64,000 nucleotides of DNA from contig CBDCXR010000004.1 of the NCBI GenBank assembly GCA_965223845.1, forward strand, positions 1,088,001-1,152,000, written 5' to 3'. A program made the translations under genes and the position numbers. Shown here piece by piece: positions 9,583 through 18,330 of this stretch (position 1 is its first letter; each line of letters begins with the position of its first letter). The DNA comes from Planctomycetota bacterium. GTDB lineage: Bacteria; Planctomycetota; UBA8108; SXIK01. The notes under the pieces were generated by a model. It was given only the letters and a program-made list of their open reading frames with translations, searched no databases and had not been told where the DNA came from.

Positions 9583-9819
9583 GTCGTGCTCGTGGGAGAA
9601 GCGCGAGAATCCAAGATCATAGCGTGAAACGAGCGTGCGGTTCTACGCTACGCCCGCTATCCGCGGCCGGGGCGGGAGGCTCGGGCTCTCGCCGTCCCGC
9701 GCGCCACCGTTTCCATCGTCGGCGAAGGCGCGACGGAATGTTGCCGGTCGGTGCGCTGAGAGGCCCGCGGTCGCGAGCAGGAGCGGGTTATCGGCTCTAC
9801 GAGCGTTCGCGACGGAGAG

Positions 9820-11364
9820 TCATTCCCACTCGATCGTCGCGGGCGGCTTCGAGCAGAGATCGAGCACGACGCGGTTTACGCCGCGAACTTCATTGCAGAT
9901 GCGAGTCGAAATCCGGGCCAGAATCTCGCGCGGGAGATAGACCCAGTTCGCCGTCATGCCGTCGGTCGACTCGACGACTCGGAGCGCGACCACGTGCTCG
10001 TAGGTCCTCCGATCGCCCATGACTCCGACGGTCTGCACCGGGAGGAGGACGGCGAACGACTGCCAGATGCGATGGTAATTGTCGTAGGTCTGGACTTCCT
10101 CTTGGACGATGCGGTCCGCCGCGCGGAGCGTGTCCAGCCGCTCGTGGGTGACTTCGCCGAGAATGCGAACCGCGAGACCGGGCCCCGGGAACGGCTGCCG
10201 TTCGATCAAAGGTTCCGGGAGGCCGAGCTCGCGCCCGAGGCGGCGAACTTCGTCCTTGAAAAGGAACCGGAGGGGTTCGACGAGCTCGAACCCGAGCTCC
10301 GCGGGCAGGCCACCGACGTTGTGGTGGCTCTTGATCGTCGCCGACGGACCGCCGGTCGGCGACACACTCTCGATGATGTCCGGGTAGAGCGTCCCCTGAG
10401 CGAGAAACGCAACGTCCGCCAGCTCGGCGGCCTTGGCCCGGAAGACGTCGATGAACGTGTGGCCGATGCTCTTTCGCTTCGCCTCCGGGTCGACGATGCC
10501 GGCTAGGTTCGAGACGAATTGCTCGACCGCATCGACGACGTGGAGATTGAGGTGGAAGCTCTCGCGGAACGTGTTCGCCACGTCTGCTCGCTCACCGCTG
10601 CGAAGAAGGCCGTTGTCGACGAAGATGCAGTGAAGCTGCTCGCCGAGCGCGCGGTGGAGAAGCAGCGCCGCGACGGATGAGTCGACGCCCCCGGAGAGTC
10701 CGAGGACGACGTTTCGCGCCCCGACTTGCGCGCGGATCGCGTCCACTTGCTCGGTGATGAAGCTGCTGAGGGTCCAGTCACCGCGGCAGCCGCAAATCGA
10801 CGCGAGGAAGTTCTTGATGAGCGTCGTTCCTTGAGGGGTGTGAGTGACCTCGGGATGGAACTGAAGCCCGATGAATCCGCTCGGACGGTGTCTCACGGCG
10901 GCTAGAGGACAAGTACTCGTCTTGCCGAGGATTTCGAAGTCGCCGGTGAGCGAGCCGTTCTGGCTCACCTGATCGCCGTGGCTCATCCAAACGGTCGTTT
11001 CGCGATCGAGCCCGGCGAAGAGCGGATCGTCGGTGAGGGTGATCGTCGCTTCGCCGTACTCGCGGCGCTCCGACGGGATCACTTCGGCGCCGAGAAGACG
11101 ACATGCGAGCTGCATGCCGTAGCAGATGCCGAGGACGGGCACGTCGAGCTGAAGAAGCTCGGGATTGAGCTGGGGAGCCCCGTCTTCGTAGACGCTCGCC
11201 GGACCACCGGAGAGGATCACCCCGCGGAGGCCTTCCGAACGGAGCTGGGCGGGCGGCGTGTCGAACGGAAGGATCTCGCAGTACACGTTCTGCTCTCGGA
11301 CGCGCCGTGCGATGAGCTGAGTGTACTGGGAACCGAAATCGAGAATGGCGATGGTCTCTGCCAT
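9820..11364 (-). CDS. guaA: GMP synthase (glutamine-hydrolysing)
   Basis: LDFGSQYTQLIARRVRE, GICYGMQ, QFHPEV, SGGVDS, IKSHHNVGGLP, KPPATIEWE. Confidence 0.98.
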   Translation of the reverse strand: MAETIAILDFGSQYTQLIARRVREQNVYCEILPFDTPPAQLRSEGLRGVILSGGPASVYEDGAPQLNPELLQLDVPVLGICYGMQLACRLLGAEVIPSERREYGEATITLTDDPLFAGLDRETTVWMSHGDQVSQNGSLTGDFEILGKTSTCPLAAVRHRPSGFIGLQFHPEVTHTPQGTTLIKNFLASICGCRGDWTLSSFITEQVDAIRAQVGARNVVLGLSGGVDSSVAALLLHRALGEQLHCIFVDNGLLRSGERADVANTFRESFHLNLHVVDAVEQFVSNLAGIVDPEAKRKSIGHTFIDVFRAKAAELADVAFLAQGTLYPDIIESVSPTGGPSATIKSHHNVGGLPAELGFELVEPLRFLFKDEVRRLGRELGLPEPLIERQPFPGPGLAVRILGEVTHERLDTLRAADRIVQEEVQTYDNYHRIWQSFAVLLPVQTVGVMGDRRTYEHVVALRVVESTDGMTANWVYLPREILARISTRICNEVRGVNRVVLDLCSKPPATIEWE

Positions 11365-11460
11365 GAACTGTCTCTCTCGGAGTCAGCGCGTCCGCGAAGG
11401 CGGCTGCCGCTTCACTCGCCGAATCGGGTGAGAGCTGCGGGAGAGCTCCCAACCCATCAC

Positions 11461-12969
11461 CTAGGGGTTGTTCTTCACGCCGAGCACGGGCTCTTCGTAC
11501 GACTGGAGGCTGTGTACGAAACCTTCGCGCTGCGCGGACGGACTGCGCCGCTCGTAGCGGAGGGTCCCGCTCGCGAGCGCTTCGTGGAGCGCGTCGATCG
11601 ATCGGCAGCCGAGATCCTGGAGCGCCTGGCGGAGGCTCTGCACGATGTAGGCGATCAGATCGACGACGGAGCCTTTGTCGACGACGACGCCCGAGACGCC
11701 CTGAGCGACCTTGATCGCGTTGTCGTCGTACAGGTAGCGCTTGCCGCCGCCCTTCTGAATCGCTTCGGCCGAAGCCATGCCGCGGTACTTCTTGACGCGC
11801 ACGCCGTCCTGATAGAAGTACTCGCCCGGCGACTCTTGAGTGCCCGCCAGCATCGATCCCATCATGCCGGCGCTCGCGCCGCACGCGAGAGCCTTCGCGA
11901 GTCCGCCGGTCGTGGCGATGCCGCCGTCCGCGACGACCGGAACGCCGGCCTCGCGGCAGTACTTCGAGCAATAGTAAACCGCCGTCGCCTGCGCACGACC
12001 GCAAGCCATCGTTTCCTGCGTCGTACAGATCGAGCCGGGTCCCATCCCGACACGAATTCCGTCGGCGCCCGCGCGAATGAGGTTCTCGCACTGCTGCGTG
12101 GTGACGACGTTTCCCGCGATGACGTCGATGTCGGGACACTCCGTCTTCACGAAGCGGATCATTTCCTCTTGAAAGATCGAATCGCCCTGCGCGGAGTCCA
12201 CCACGATGGCGTCGACACCCGCGGCGGCGAGACCGAGGATACGATCGCGGTCCTCGGGGCGCGTCGACACCGCGGCGCCGACGCGGAGCTGCTTCCGCTC
12301 GTCCTTGCACGCCCACGGAAAGTCGCGGTTCTTCTTGAGGTCGGTGCGCGAGACGAGCGAGACGAGGAGCCCCGCGCTGTTCACGATCGGAAGCTTTCCC
12401 TTCTTCGATTCGCGGAGGAGCTCGTTGGCGCGAGGAAGGGAGACTCCTTCGGGCGCGGTGATGAGATCCGTCACCATCATCTCACGGAGAGGGCGGTCGC
12501 GGTTGCTCTCGAAATCGATGTCGCGACTCGTCACGATGCCGACGAGGCGGGTTTCGAGAGTGCCGTCCTCCGTGATCGGGATGCCGGAGAAGCCATCGCG
12601 CTCGCGGATCGCATCGATGTCGCGGATGCGGTGGTCGGGGCTGAGGACGATCGGGTCGGTGATGAAGCCGTTCTCGAACCGCTTGACCTTTCGGACCTCG
12701 CGGATCTGATCGTCGGGCGTCGCGTTGTAGTGGATGATGCCGATGCCGCCCTGGAGCGCCACGCCGATCGCCATCTTCGACTCGGTCACCGTGTCCATGG
12801 GCGAGCTCACGATGGGAGCCTTGAGGCTGATGCGGCGCGTGATGCGGGTCGACAGGTCGACGTCGTGGGCCCCGAAGTCGATGTGACCGGGTAGCAGAAT
12901 GAAGTCGTTGTAGGTCAGACCGTGCCGGCTCTCGAAGAGCTCGCGGGCGCTTTCGCCGTCTCGCTGCAT
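11461..12969 (-). CDS. guaB: IMP dehydrogenase with CBS pair, eukaryote-like sequence type
   Basis: Start placed at ATG 12969 (GAGGTG RBS; 502 aa). Motifs [20 protein letters not shown] (catalytic Cys), [20 protein letters not shown]. Confidence 0.96.
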   Translation of the reverse strand: MQRDGESARELFESRHGLTYNDFILLPGHIDFGAHDVDLSTRITRRISLKAPIVSSPMDTVTESKMAIGVALQGGIGIIHYNATPDDQIREVRKVKRFENGFITDPIVLSPDHRIRDIDAIRERDGFSGIPITEDGTLETRLVGIVTSRDIDFESNRDRPLREMMVTDLITAPEGVSLPRANELLRESKKGKLPIVNSAGLLVSLVSRTDLKKNRDFPWACKDERKQLRVGAAVSTRPEDRDRILGLAAAGVDAIVVDSAQGDSIFQEEMIRFVKTECPDIDVIAGNVVTTQQCENLIRAGADGIRVGMGPGSICTTQETMACGRAQATAVYYCSKYCREAGVPVVADGGIATTGGLAKALACGASAGMMGSMLAGTQESPGEYFYQDGVRVKKYRGMASAEAIQKGGGKRYLYDDNAIKVAQGVSGVVVDKGSVVDLIAYIVQSLRQALQDLGCRSIDALHEALASGTLRYERRSPSAQREGFVHSLQSYEEPVLGVKNNP

Positions 12970-13285
12970 CGTCACCTCTCCATGAGTCGCCGTCTCGCCT
13001 CCGGCGCCCGGCCGCGTCGGAACGGCGACCGCGGAGGCCGGACGAGGCGAGCTCGCGTTCCGGTGGCCTGAATCGGCCGGGCGAAACCCCGCGCGGCGAA
13101 CGCGCGATCGGCAAGTGCGACCCGACTCGGGTCGGGGGGTTCCCCGTTCGAGCGCCGTCGTCTCGGCGCAGCTTCGCGCACTGCCCAGCGGCTTCCCGAC
13201 CGCCGACAGGCGGTTTCGATCGAGCTCAGGAAATCCGTCCGCCGGCTTCGGCCGGCGCCGCGAGGGGTGCCTTCCACCGAAGTTG

Positions 13286-13338
13286 GAGCCTGCTTGCCGA
13301 GGGGGCTTCGTCGCTGGACGGGCCCGCTTGCCGAAGGG
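13286..13338. repeat. Imperfect 19-bp direct repeat in the guaB/moxR divergent intergenic region
   Basis: GAGCCTGCTTGCCGAGGGG (13286-13304) vs GGGCCCGCTTGCCGAAGGG (13320-13338): 16 of 19 identical. Confidence 0.45.
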
Positions 13339-13724
13339 AATGAGCCACCACGGCGGCGTCGGCGGTGGAGGCCGAGCACGCCGATGGGCGGTCAAAGGAA
13401 GGATAAGAGAATAAGTACGCGGTTCCGGAAATCAAGGAAATAGCCGTGCTTCGCGGCTCGCGCGCCGTGACTCCTGTTTGCGATTAGATCCCGATCGCGC
13501 GAAAGCGGGCCGGGTGCTTCCCGACTCCAAATCAGCACCCGCTCGAGTCGGGTGAGATTGAAATGGGACCATCCCACGCCTATCATAGGCCACGTGCTCA
13601 AACCGTTTCTAAACAAACGCTTAAGAGAGTTTTCGGACGGCCGAACCGGCCGTGCACGGACCGGATTCTTCGATCGCGGTCCGCGCGCTCCGGCGCCGAA
13701 CGAGAACGACCAGGAGACCTCTGA

Positions 13725-14801
13725 ATGAGTGAGCCTGCCGCTTCGCCCGCCCCGTCGGGCGGCTCGCCCGATGATCTCGCCGCCGTCGAACTTCTTCAGA
13801 ATAAGCACCAGCAGATCCGCGATGAGCTAGCGAAGGTCATCGTCGGTCAGGACGAAGTGATCGAGCAGATCCTGATCTCGATCTTCGCTCGCGGACATTG
13901 CCTCCTCGTGGGTGTGCCGGGACTCGCGAAGACGCTGCTCATCAGTACGCTCGCGCGCTGTCTCTCGCTCTCGTTCTCTCGGATTCAGTTCACCCCCGAT
14001 CTCATGCCCTCCGATATCACCGGAACCGAGGTGATTCAGGAGGATCGAAGCACGGGCGAGCGCGAGTTTCGATTCCTCAAGGGGCCGGTGTTCGCCAATG
14101 TCATCCTCGCGGACGAGATCAACCGGACGCCGCCCAAGACGCAGGCCGCTCTGCTCGAGGCGATGCAGGAGCGCCAGGTGACGGCGGGGGGAAAGAAGCA
14201 CGAGCTCGAGGAGCCGTTCTTCGTTCTCGCGACTCAGAACCCGATCGAGCAGGAGGGTACGTATCCGCTGCCGGAGGCGCAGCTCGACCGGTTCATGTTC
14301 AATATCAGCGTCGACTATCCGAGTGAGGAGGAGGAGGTCGAGATCATGCGGCGGACGACGGTGACGCAAGACGCCGACGTCCAGGCGATCGTCTCCGGCG
14401 AAGAGATCCTCCAGCTGCAGGAGCTCGTCCGTCGCGTACCGGTGACCGACGAGATGATCCGCTACGTCCTCCGGCTCACGCGCGCGACGCGGATTTCGAA
14501 GGATGAGGCGCCCGACTACCTGAAGGAGTGGCTCCAGTGGGGCGCGGGGCCGCGCGCTTCGCAGTTTCTCATCCTCGGCGGCAAGGCCCGGGCGATTCTC
14601 CACGGTCGCACGTACGTCTCGCCCGAGGACATTCAAGCGGTTGCGTACCCCGTTCTCCGCCATCGGCTGCTCACGAATTTCAGCGCCGAGGCCGACGGGA
14701 TAACGTCGCAGACGATCATCGAGCGTCTCGTCAAGGAGACGCCGGTAAACGAGACGAGATCGCTCAAGGGATCGGGTACGCCGCGCGTGCTCGGCTCCTA
14801 G
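13725..14801 (+). CDS. moxR: MoxR-family AAA+ ATPase
   Basis: Walker A GVPGLAKT; [15 protein letters not shown]; [22 protein letters not shown]; [22 protein letters not shown]. Confidence 0.96.
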   Translation: MSEPAASPAPSGGSPDDLAAVELLQNKHQQIRDELAKVIVGQDEVIEQILISIFARGHCLLVGVPGLAKTLLISTLARCLSLSFSRIQFTPDLMPSDITGTEVIQEDRSTGEREFRFLKGPVFANVILADEINRTPPKTQAALLEAMQERQVTAGGKKHELEEPFFVLATQNPIEQEGTYPLPEAQLDRFMFNISVDYPSEEEEVEIMRRTTVTQDADVQAIVSGEEILQLQELVRRVPVTDEMIRYVLRLTRATRISKDEAPDYLKEWLQWGAGPRASQFLILGGKARAILHGRTYVSPEDIQAVAYPVLRHRLLTNFSAEADGITSQTIIERLVKETPVNETRSLKGSGTPRVLGS

Positions 14802-14897
14802 GGGAAGCCCAACGTCGACGACTCACGACCTACGGCGTCTCGCCGCTATGCTCACCGAATCGGCTGAGAATGCGGATTAGAGAGAGGAGACCCCGCG

Positions 14898-15869
14898 ATG
14901 GGGGCTGAACGCTACCTCGATCCGAAGGTGCTGGCGAAGATCGCTCGACTCGAGCTCAAGGCTCGGTTGATCGTCGAGGGGTACATCTCCGGCCTTCACC
15001 GAAGCCCCTACCACGGGTTCAGCATCGAGTTTGCGGAGCACCGCGAGTACGTCCCCGGGGACGATATCCGTCACATCGACTGGAAGGTGTACGGGCGTTC
15101 CGATCGCTACTACATCAAACAGTACGAGGAGGAGACGAACCTCGGCGCGCACCTCCTCCTCGACGCGTCGGAGTCGATGGCTTACCCGTACGCGCGCGGC
15201 GACAAGGCGGCCGTCGAGCGCGCGTCGTCCGCGCCGACCGAAGCGAAGAGCGGCCCACTGGGCTCCGCCCGAATCTCGAAGTACGAGTACGGCACCTACA
15301 TCGCGGCGTCCCTCGGGTACCTGATTCTCAAGCAGCAGGACGCGGCGGGAATTACGCTCTTCGACGACCGCGTGCGCCACTCTGTGTCGCCGAGCTCGAA
15401 TTTGCGGCAGATCGAGACCATCTGCGAAACCGCGCTGAAGGGGGAGCTCAAGCAGACGACGAATGTCGGGGCGATGCTTCAGGAGTTCGCCGATCGGGTG
15501 AAGAAGAAGAGCCTCGTCGTCATCATTTCGGATCTGCTCGACGGGATCGAGAACGTGCAGCGCGGTCTCCGCCAGCTCCGCCAGCGCGGTCACGAGGTGA
15601 TCGTGTTCCACGTCCTCGACCGAGAGGAGCTGCGCTTTCCGTTTCAGAGGATGACCCTGTTCGAGGGGTTGGAGGGTCTCCCCGAGCTGGTCGCCGACCC
15701 GCGCGCCCTTCGCAAAGGGTATCTCGAGGAGCTCGAAGCGTATCTCGAGGAGGTGCGGCGCACCTGCCGCGACCATCTGATCGACTACGTTCTCCTCGAC
15801 ACCGAGGAGAAGCTCCACGTCGCCCTCACATCGTACCTGGCGAAGCGTTCGGGGGCACAGCGCGCGTGA
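14898..15869 (+). CDS. DUF58 / vWA-like protein (MoxR partner)
   Basis: GLHRSPYHGFSIEFAEHREYVPGDDIRHIDWKVYGRSDRYYIKQYEEETNL; MIDAS-like LDASESM. Confidence 0.93.
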   Translation: MGAERYLDPKVLAKIARLELKARLIVEGYISGLHRSPYHGFSIEFAEHREYVPGDDIRHIDWKVYGRSDRYYIKQYEEETNLGAHLLLDASESMAYPYARGDKAAVERASSAPTEAKSGPLGSARISKYEYGTYIAASLGYLILKQQDAAGITLFDDRVRHSVSPSSNLRQIETICETALKGELKQTTNVGAMLQEFADRVKKKSLVVIISDLLDGIENVQRGLRQLRQRGHEVIVFHVLDREELRFPFQRMTLFEGLEGLPELVADPRALRKGYLEELEAYLEEVRRTCRDHLIDYVLLDTEEKLHVALTSYLAKRSGAQRA

Positions 15870-15921
15870 ACGAACTAGCGACGCGCACACGGGCGACGAA
15901 CCGGAGGAGAGCCCCGCGGCG

Positions 15922-18330
15922 ATGGGATTCCTGACGAACTTCTTCCTTCAGCCCTGGATGCTCGCCGGTACGGCGCTCGTCTCCGTGCCGATCATCATCT
16001 ATCTCATCCAGCGGCACCGCTACCGCCGGCGTCCGTGGGCGGCGATGGAGTTCCTGCTTCGCGCGGTGAAGCGCCACCAGCGGCGCATTCAGCTGCAGAA
16101 CCTTCTTCTCCTCGTGGTGCGCTGTCTCATCATCGCATTCCTCGCGCTCGCGATGGCGCGGCCGGTGCTCCGGCAAGCCGGGTTCGTGGCGGGGTCGAGC
16201 GAGAATCAGAACTGGCTGCTCGCGCTCGATACGTCCTTCAGCATGGACTATCGCGTCGAGGGAACGAGTCGCTTCGATGCTGCACGCGAGTCGATTCTCG
16301 CGATGTACGGGACACTCATCCATCCGGGGGATCGGGTGGCCCTCGTGACGTTCGAGGCGCAGCCGCGTGTCGTCATGCCGCCGACCTTCGTCGACGAGGA
16401 CGCGTATCCGCTCCAGCTGAGACGGGAACTCGAGGATCTCCGACTCTCGGCCGAATCGGTCGACCTCGGGAGCAGCTTCGCGCAGCTCGTCGAGACCTCC
16501 GGCGAATTCGCCGCGACCGTGGGCGGCGGTGGGGCGGTCGGCGCGGTGCCGAAGCACGTCGTCGTCTTCAGTGACCTCCAGCGTAAGGACTGGATCACCG
16601 AGGACGGGCCGCGCCACCCTGCGCTCGGACGTCTCGCGGAGCAGGTGAACGAGCAGGGCGGCCAGTTTTTCCTCGCCGAGTTCGGCGTGGACGAAGAGCC
16701 GGTGAACGTCGCCGTGACCGATCTATCGATTCACCCGCCGCAACTCGGCGAGGACGTATGGGCCGAGATCCGTGTTACCGTGCGCAACTTCAGCGCCAAG
16801 GATCTCGAGAACCTCGACCTGACGATCGAGGTCGATGCCGATCCCGACGCGGAGGACGCCGAACCTCAGCTCGGAGGCGTCGTCCGCGTCCCGGCGGGCG
16901 GGACGGTCTCGCGCTCCATGCGCTACCGCTTCGCGACTCCCGGCGATCACACGATCGTCGCGCGACTTCGATCCGACGGGCTCGAGCTCGACAACGAGCG
17001 TTATCTCATCGCGCCGGTGAAGAAGGAGCTGAGCGTCCTTCTCGTCGACGGTGAGCCGACGGCCGATCCGACCGAACGCGAAACCTTTCATCTCGAAGTC
17101 GCGCTACTTCCGGAAGACGATTCGCTCTCGAACGTAGAAGGACGGTGGACGCCGTTCGTGCCGCGCTACGTCCTTCCCGAGCAGCTCGACGAGGTCGCGT
17201 GGGAGGATCACATCCTCGTCATTCTCGCGAACGTGAGTGCGCTCGGAGAGGGCTCGATCGCGTCTCTCAAGGAGTACGTGCGCGACGGCGGAGCGCTCGC
17301 GGTCTTTCTCGGTCCGAACGTCGATCCCCAGCTCTACGCGCAGCTCTTTTCTGAAGACGATGCGCCCGGGCTGCTCCCCTTCCGCCTCGGCGAGGTGCGC
17401 GGCGACCGGCGCTTCCCGGTTCACCTCGCAGCTTCCGATCTTTCGCATCCCGTCGTTCGCTACTTCGAGGAGCGGCGCGAGGCGACGATGCTCCACCGCC
17501 CGCTGATCTCGTTCTACAAGTACTTCTCTCTCGCGGAGCCGCCGCGAGAGGATTCGGGCGCGCGGACCCTCTTTCGCTACACCGATATCGATCAGACTCC
17601 CGCCGTCCTCGACGTCCCCTACGGGCGCGGTCGCGTCTTTTGGTTCAACTCGACGGCGGATCAGGCGTGGAACGATCTCTCGGACTGGCCGGACTTCGTC
17701 GTCCTCTTGTACGAGTCCGCTTCGTACCTCGTCCGCTTCGGCGCGGAGGCGACGAATCTCGGGGTCGGCGACTACTACCGCCGGGCGTACACCGCCGAGA
17801 ACTACGCGTCCGAGGTGACCCTCACGATGCCCGAGTGGGACGGGATCGCAGGGGCCGAGCGAGCACGAACGATCAACAAGGTCATGCGCCGGGACTCGAT
17901 CGAATCGGACGAATCCAACGAGTCTGCGCCCGATGCCGGCGGAGGCGACTCCGGCGGTGACGGGCGCGGCGTCGACGGGGAAGCGGCCGAAGGGTTCGAA
18001 ATCGTCCACGACGACACGTCCGTGCCGGGAGTCTACCGCGTCGACCTTCGCCGACCGCACACCCCGATCGAGGATTCGGTCGAGTACTTCTGCGTGAACG
18101 TCTCGACCGAGGAGAGCGATCTCTCCCCCCTCCGCGACGGGGACATCGCGACGCACGTTCCGGACTTCGAGTACAAGGTCCTCGACATCTCTCGGCGCGC
18201 CGACGAGATCGCGTCGGAGGAGAACGCGATGCGCGGGCGTGAATACTGGAAGTGGTTTCTCGCCATCGTGCTCGCGCTCCTCGTGACCGAATCGGTCCTC
18301 GCGTGGCTCTTCGGGAGGAGGTCGGTATGA
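15922..18330 (+). CDS. BatA-like N-terminal double-TM domain + vWA + Ig-like + GATase-like membrane protein
   Basis: PIIIYLIQRHRYRRRPWAAMEFL...LLLLVVRCLIIAFLALAMARP (BatA-type N-terminus); MIDAS LDTSFSM and FSDLQ; C-terminal TM (EYWKWFLAIVLALLVTESVLAW). Confidence 0.88.
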   Translation: MGFLTNFFLQPWMLAGTALVSVPIIIYLIQRHRYRRRPWAAMEFLLRAVKRHQRRIQLQNLLLLVVRCLIIAFLALAMARPVLRQAGFVAGSSENQNWLLALDTSFSMDYRVEGTSRFDAARESILAMYGTLIHPGDRVALVTFEAQPRVVMPPTFVDEDAYPLQLRRELEDLRLSAESVDLGSSFAQLVETSGEFAATVGGGGAVGAVPKHVVVFSDLQRKDWITEDGPRHPALGRLAEQVNEQGGQFFLAEFGVDEEPVNVAVTDLSIHPPQLGEDVWAEIRVTVRNFSAKDLENLDLTIEVDADPDAEDAEPQLGGVVRVPAGGTVSRSMRYRFATPGDHTIVARLRSDGLELDNERYLIAPVKKELSVLLVDGEPTADPTERETFHLEVALLPEDDSLSNVEGRWTPFVPRYVLPEQLDEVAWEDHILVILANVSALGEGSIASLKEYVRDGGALAVFLGPNVDPQLYAQLFSEDDAPGLLPFRLGEVRGDRRFPVHLAASDLSHPVVRYFEERREATMLHRPLISFYKYFSLAEPPREDSGARTLFRYTDIDQTPAVLDVPYGRGRVFWFNSTADQAWNDLSDWPDFVVLLYESASYLVRFGAEATNLGVGDYYRRAYTAENYASEVTLTMPEWDGIAGAERARTINKVMRRDSIESDESNESAPDAGGGDSGGDGRGVDGEAAEGFEIVHDDTSVPGVYRVDLRRPHTPIEDSVEYFCVNVSTEESDLSPLRDGDIATHVPDFEYKVLDISRRADEIASEENAMRGREYWKWFLAIVLALLVTESVLAWLFGRRSV

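Noticed and set aside
10978-12894. 638-aa plus-strand ORF (and similar long ORFs opposite ftsH, miaB, yhaM and the vWA genes)
   Set aside because: Antisense to well-supported housekeeping genes; Arg/Ala-rich and without motifs.
12970-13395. N-terminal extension of guaB in the ORF track
   Set aside because: IMPDH similarity and a good RBS both begin at ATG 12969; the extension is low-complexity.
13140-13400. Purine or ZTP riboswitch upstream of guaB
   Set aside because: Only a partial CGCTGGGCA-like match; the conserved cores of these riboswitches were not found by eye.
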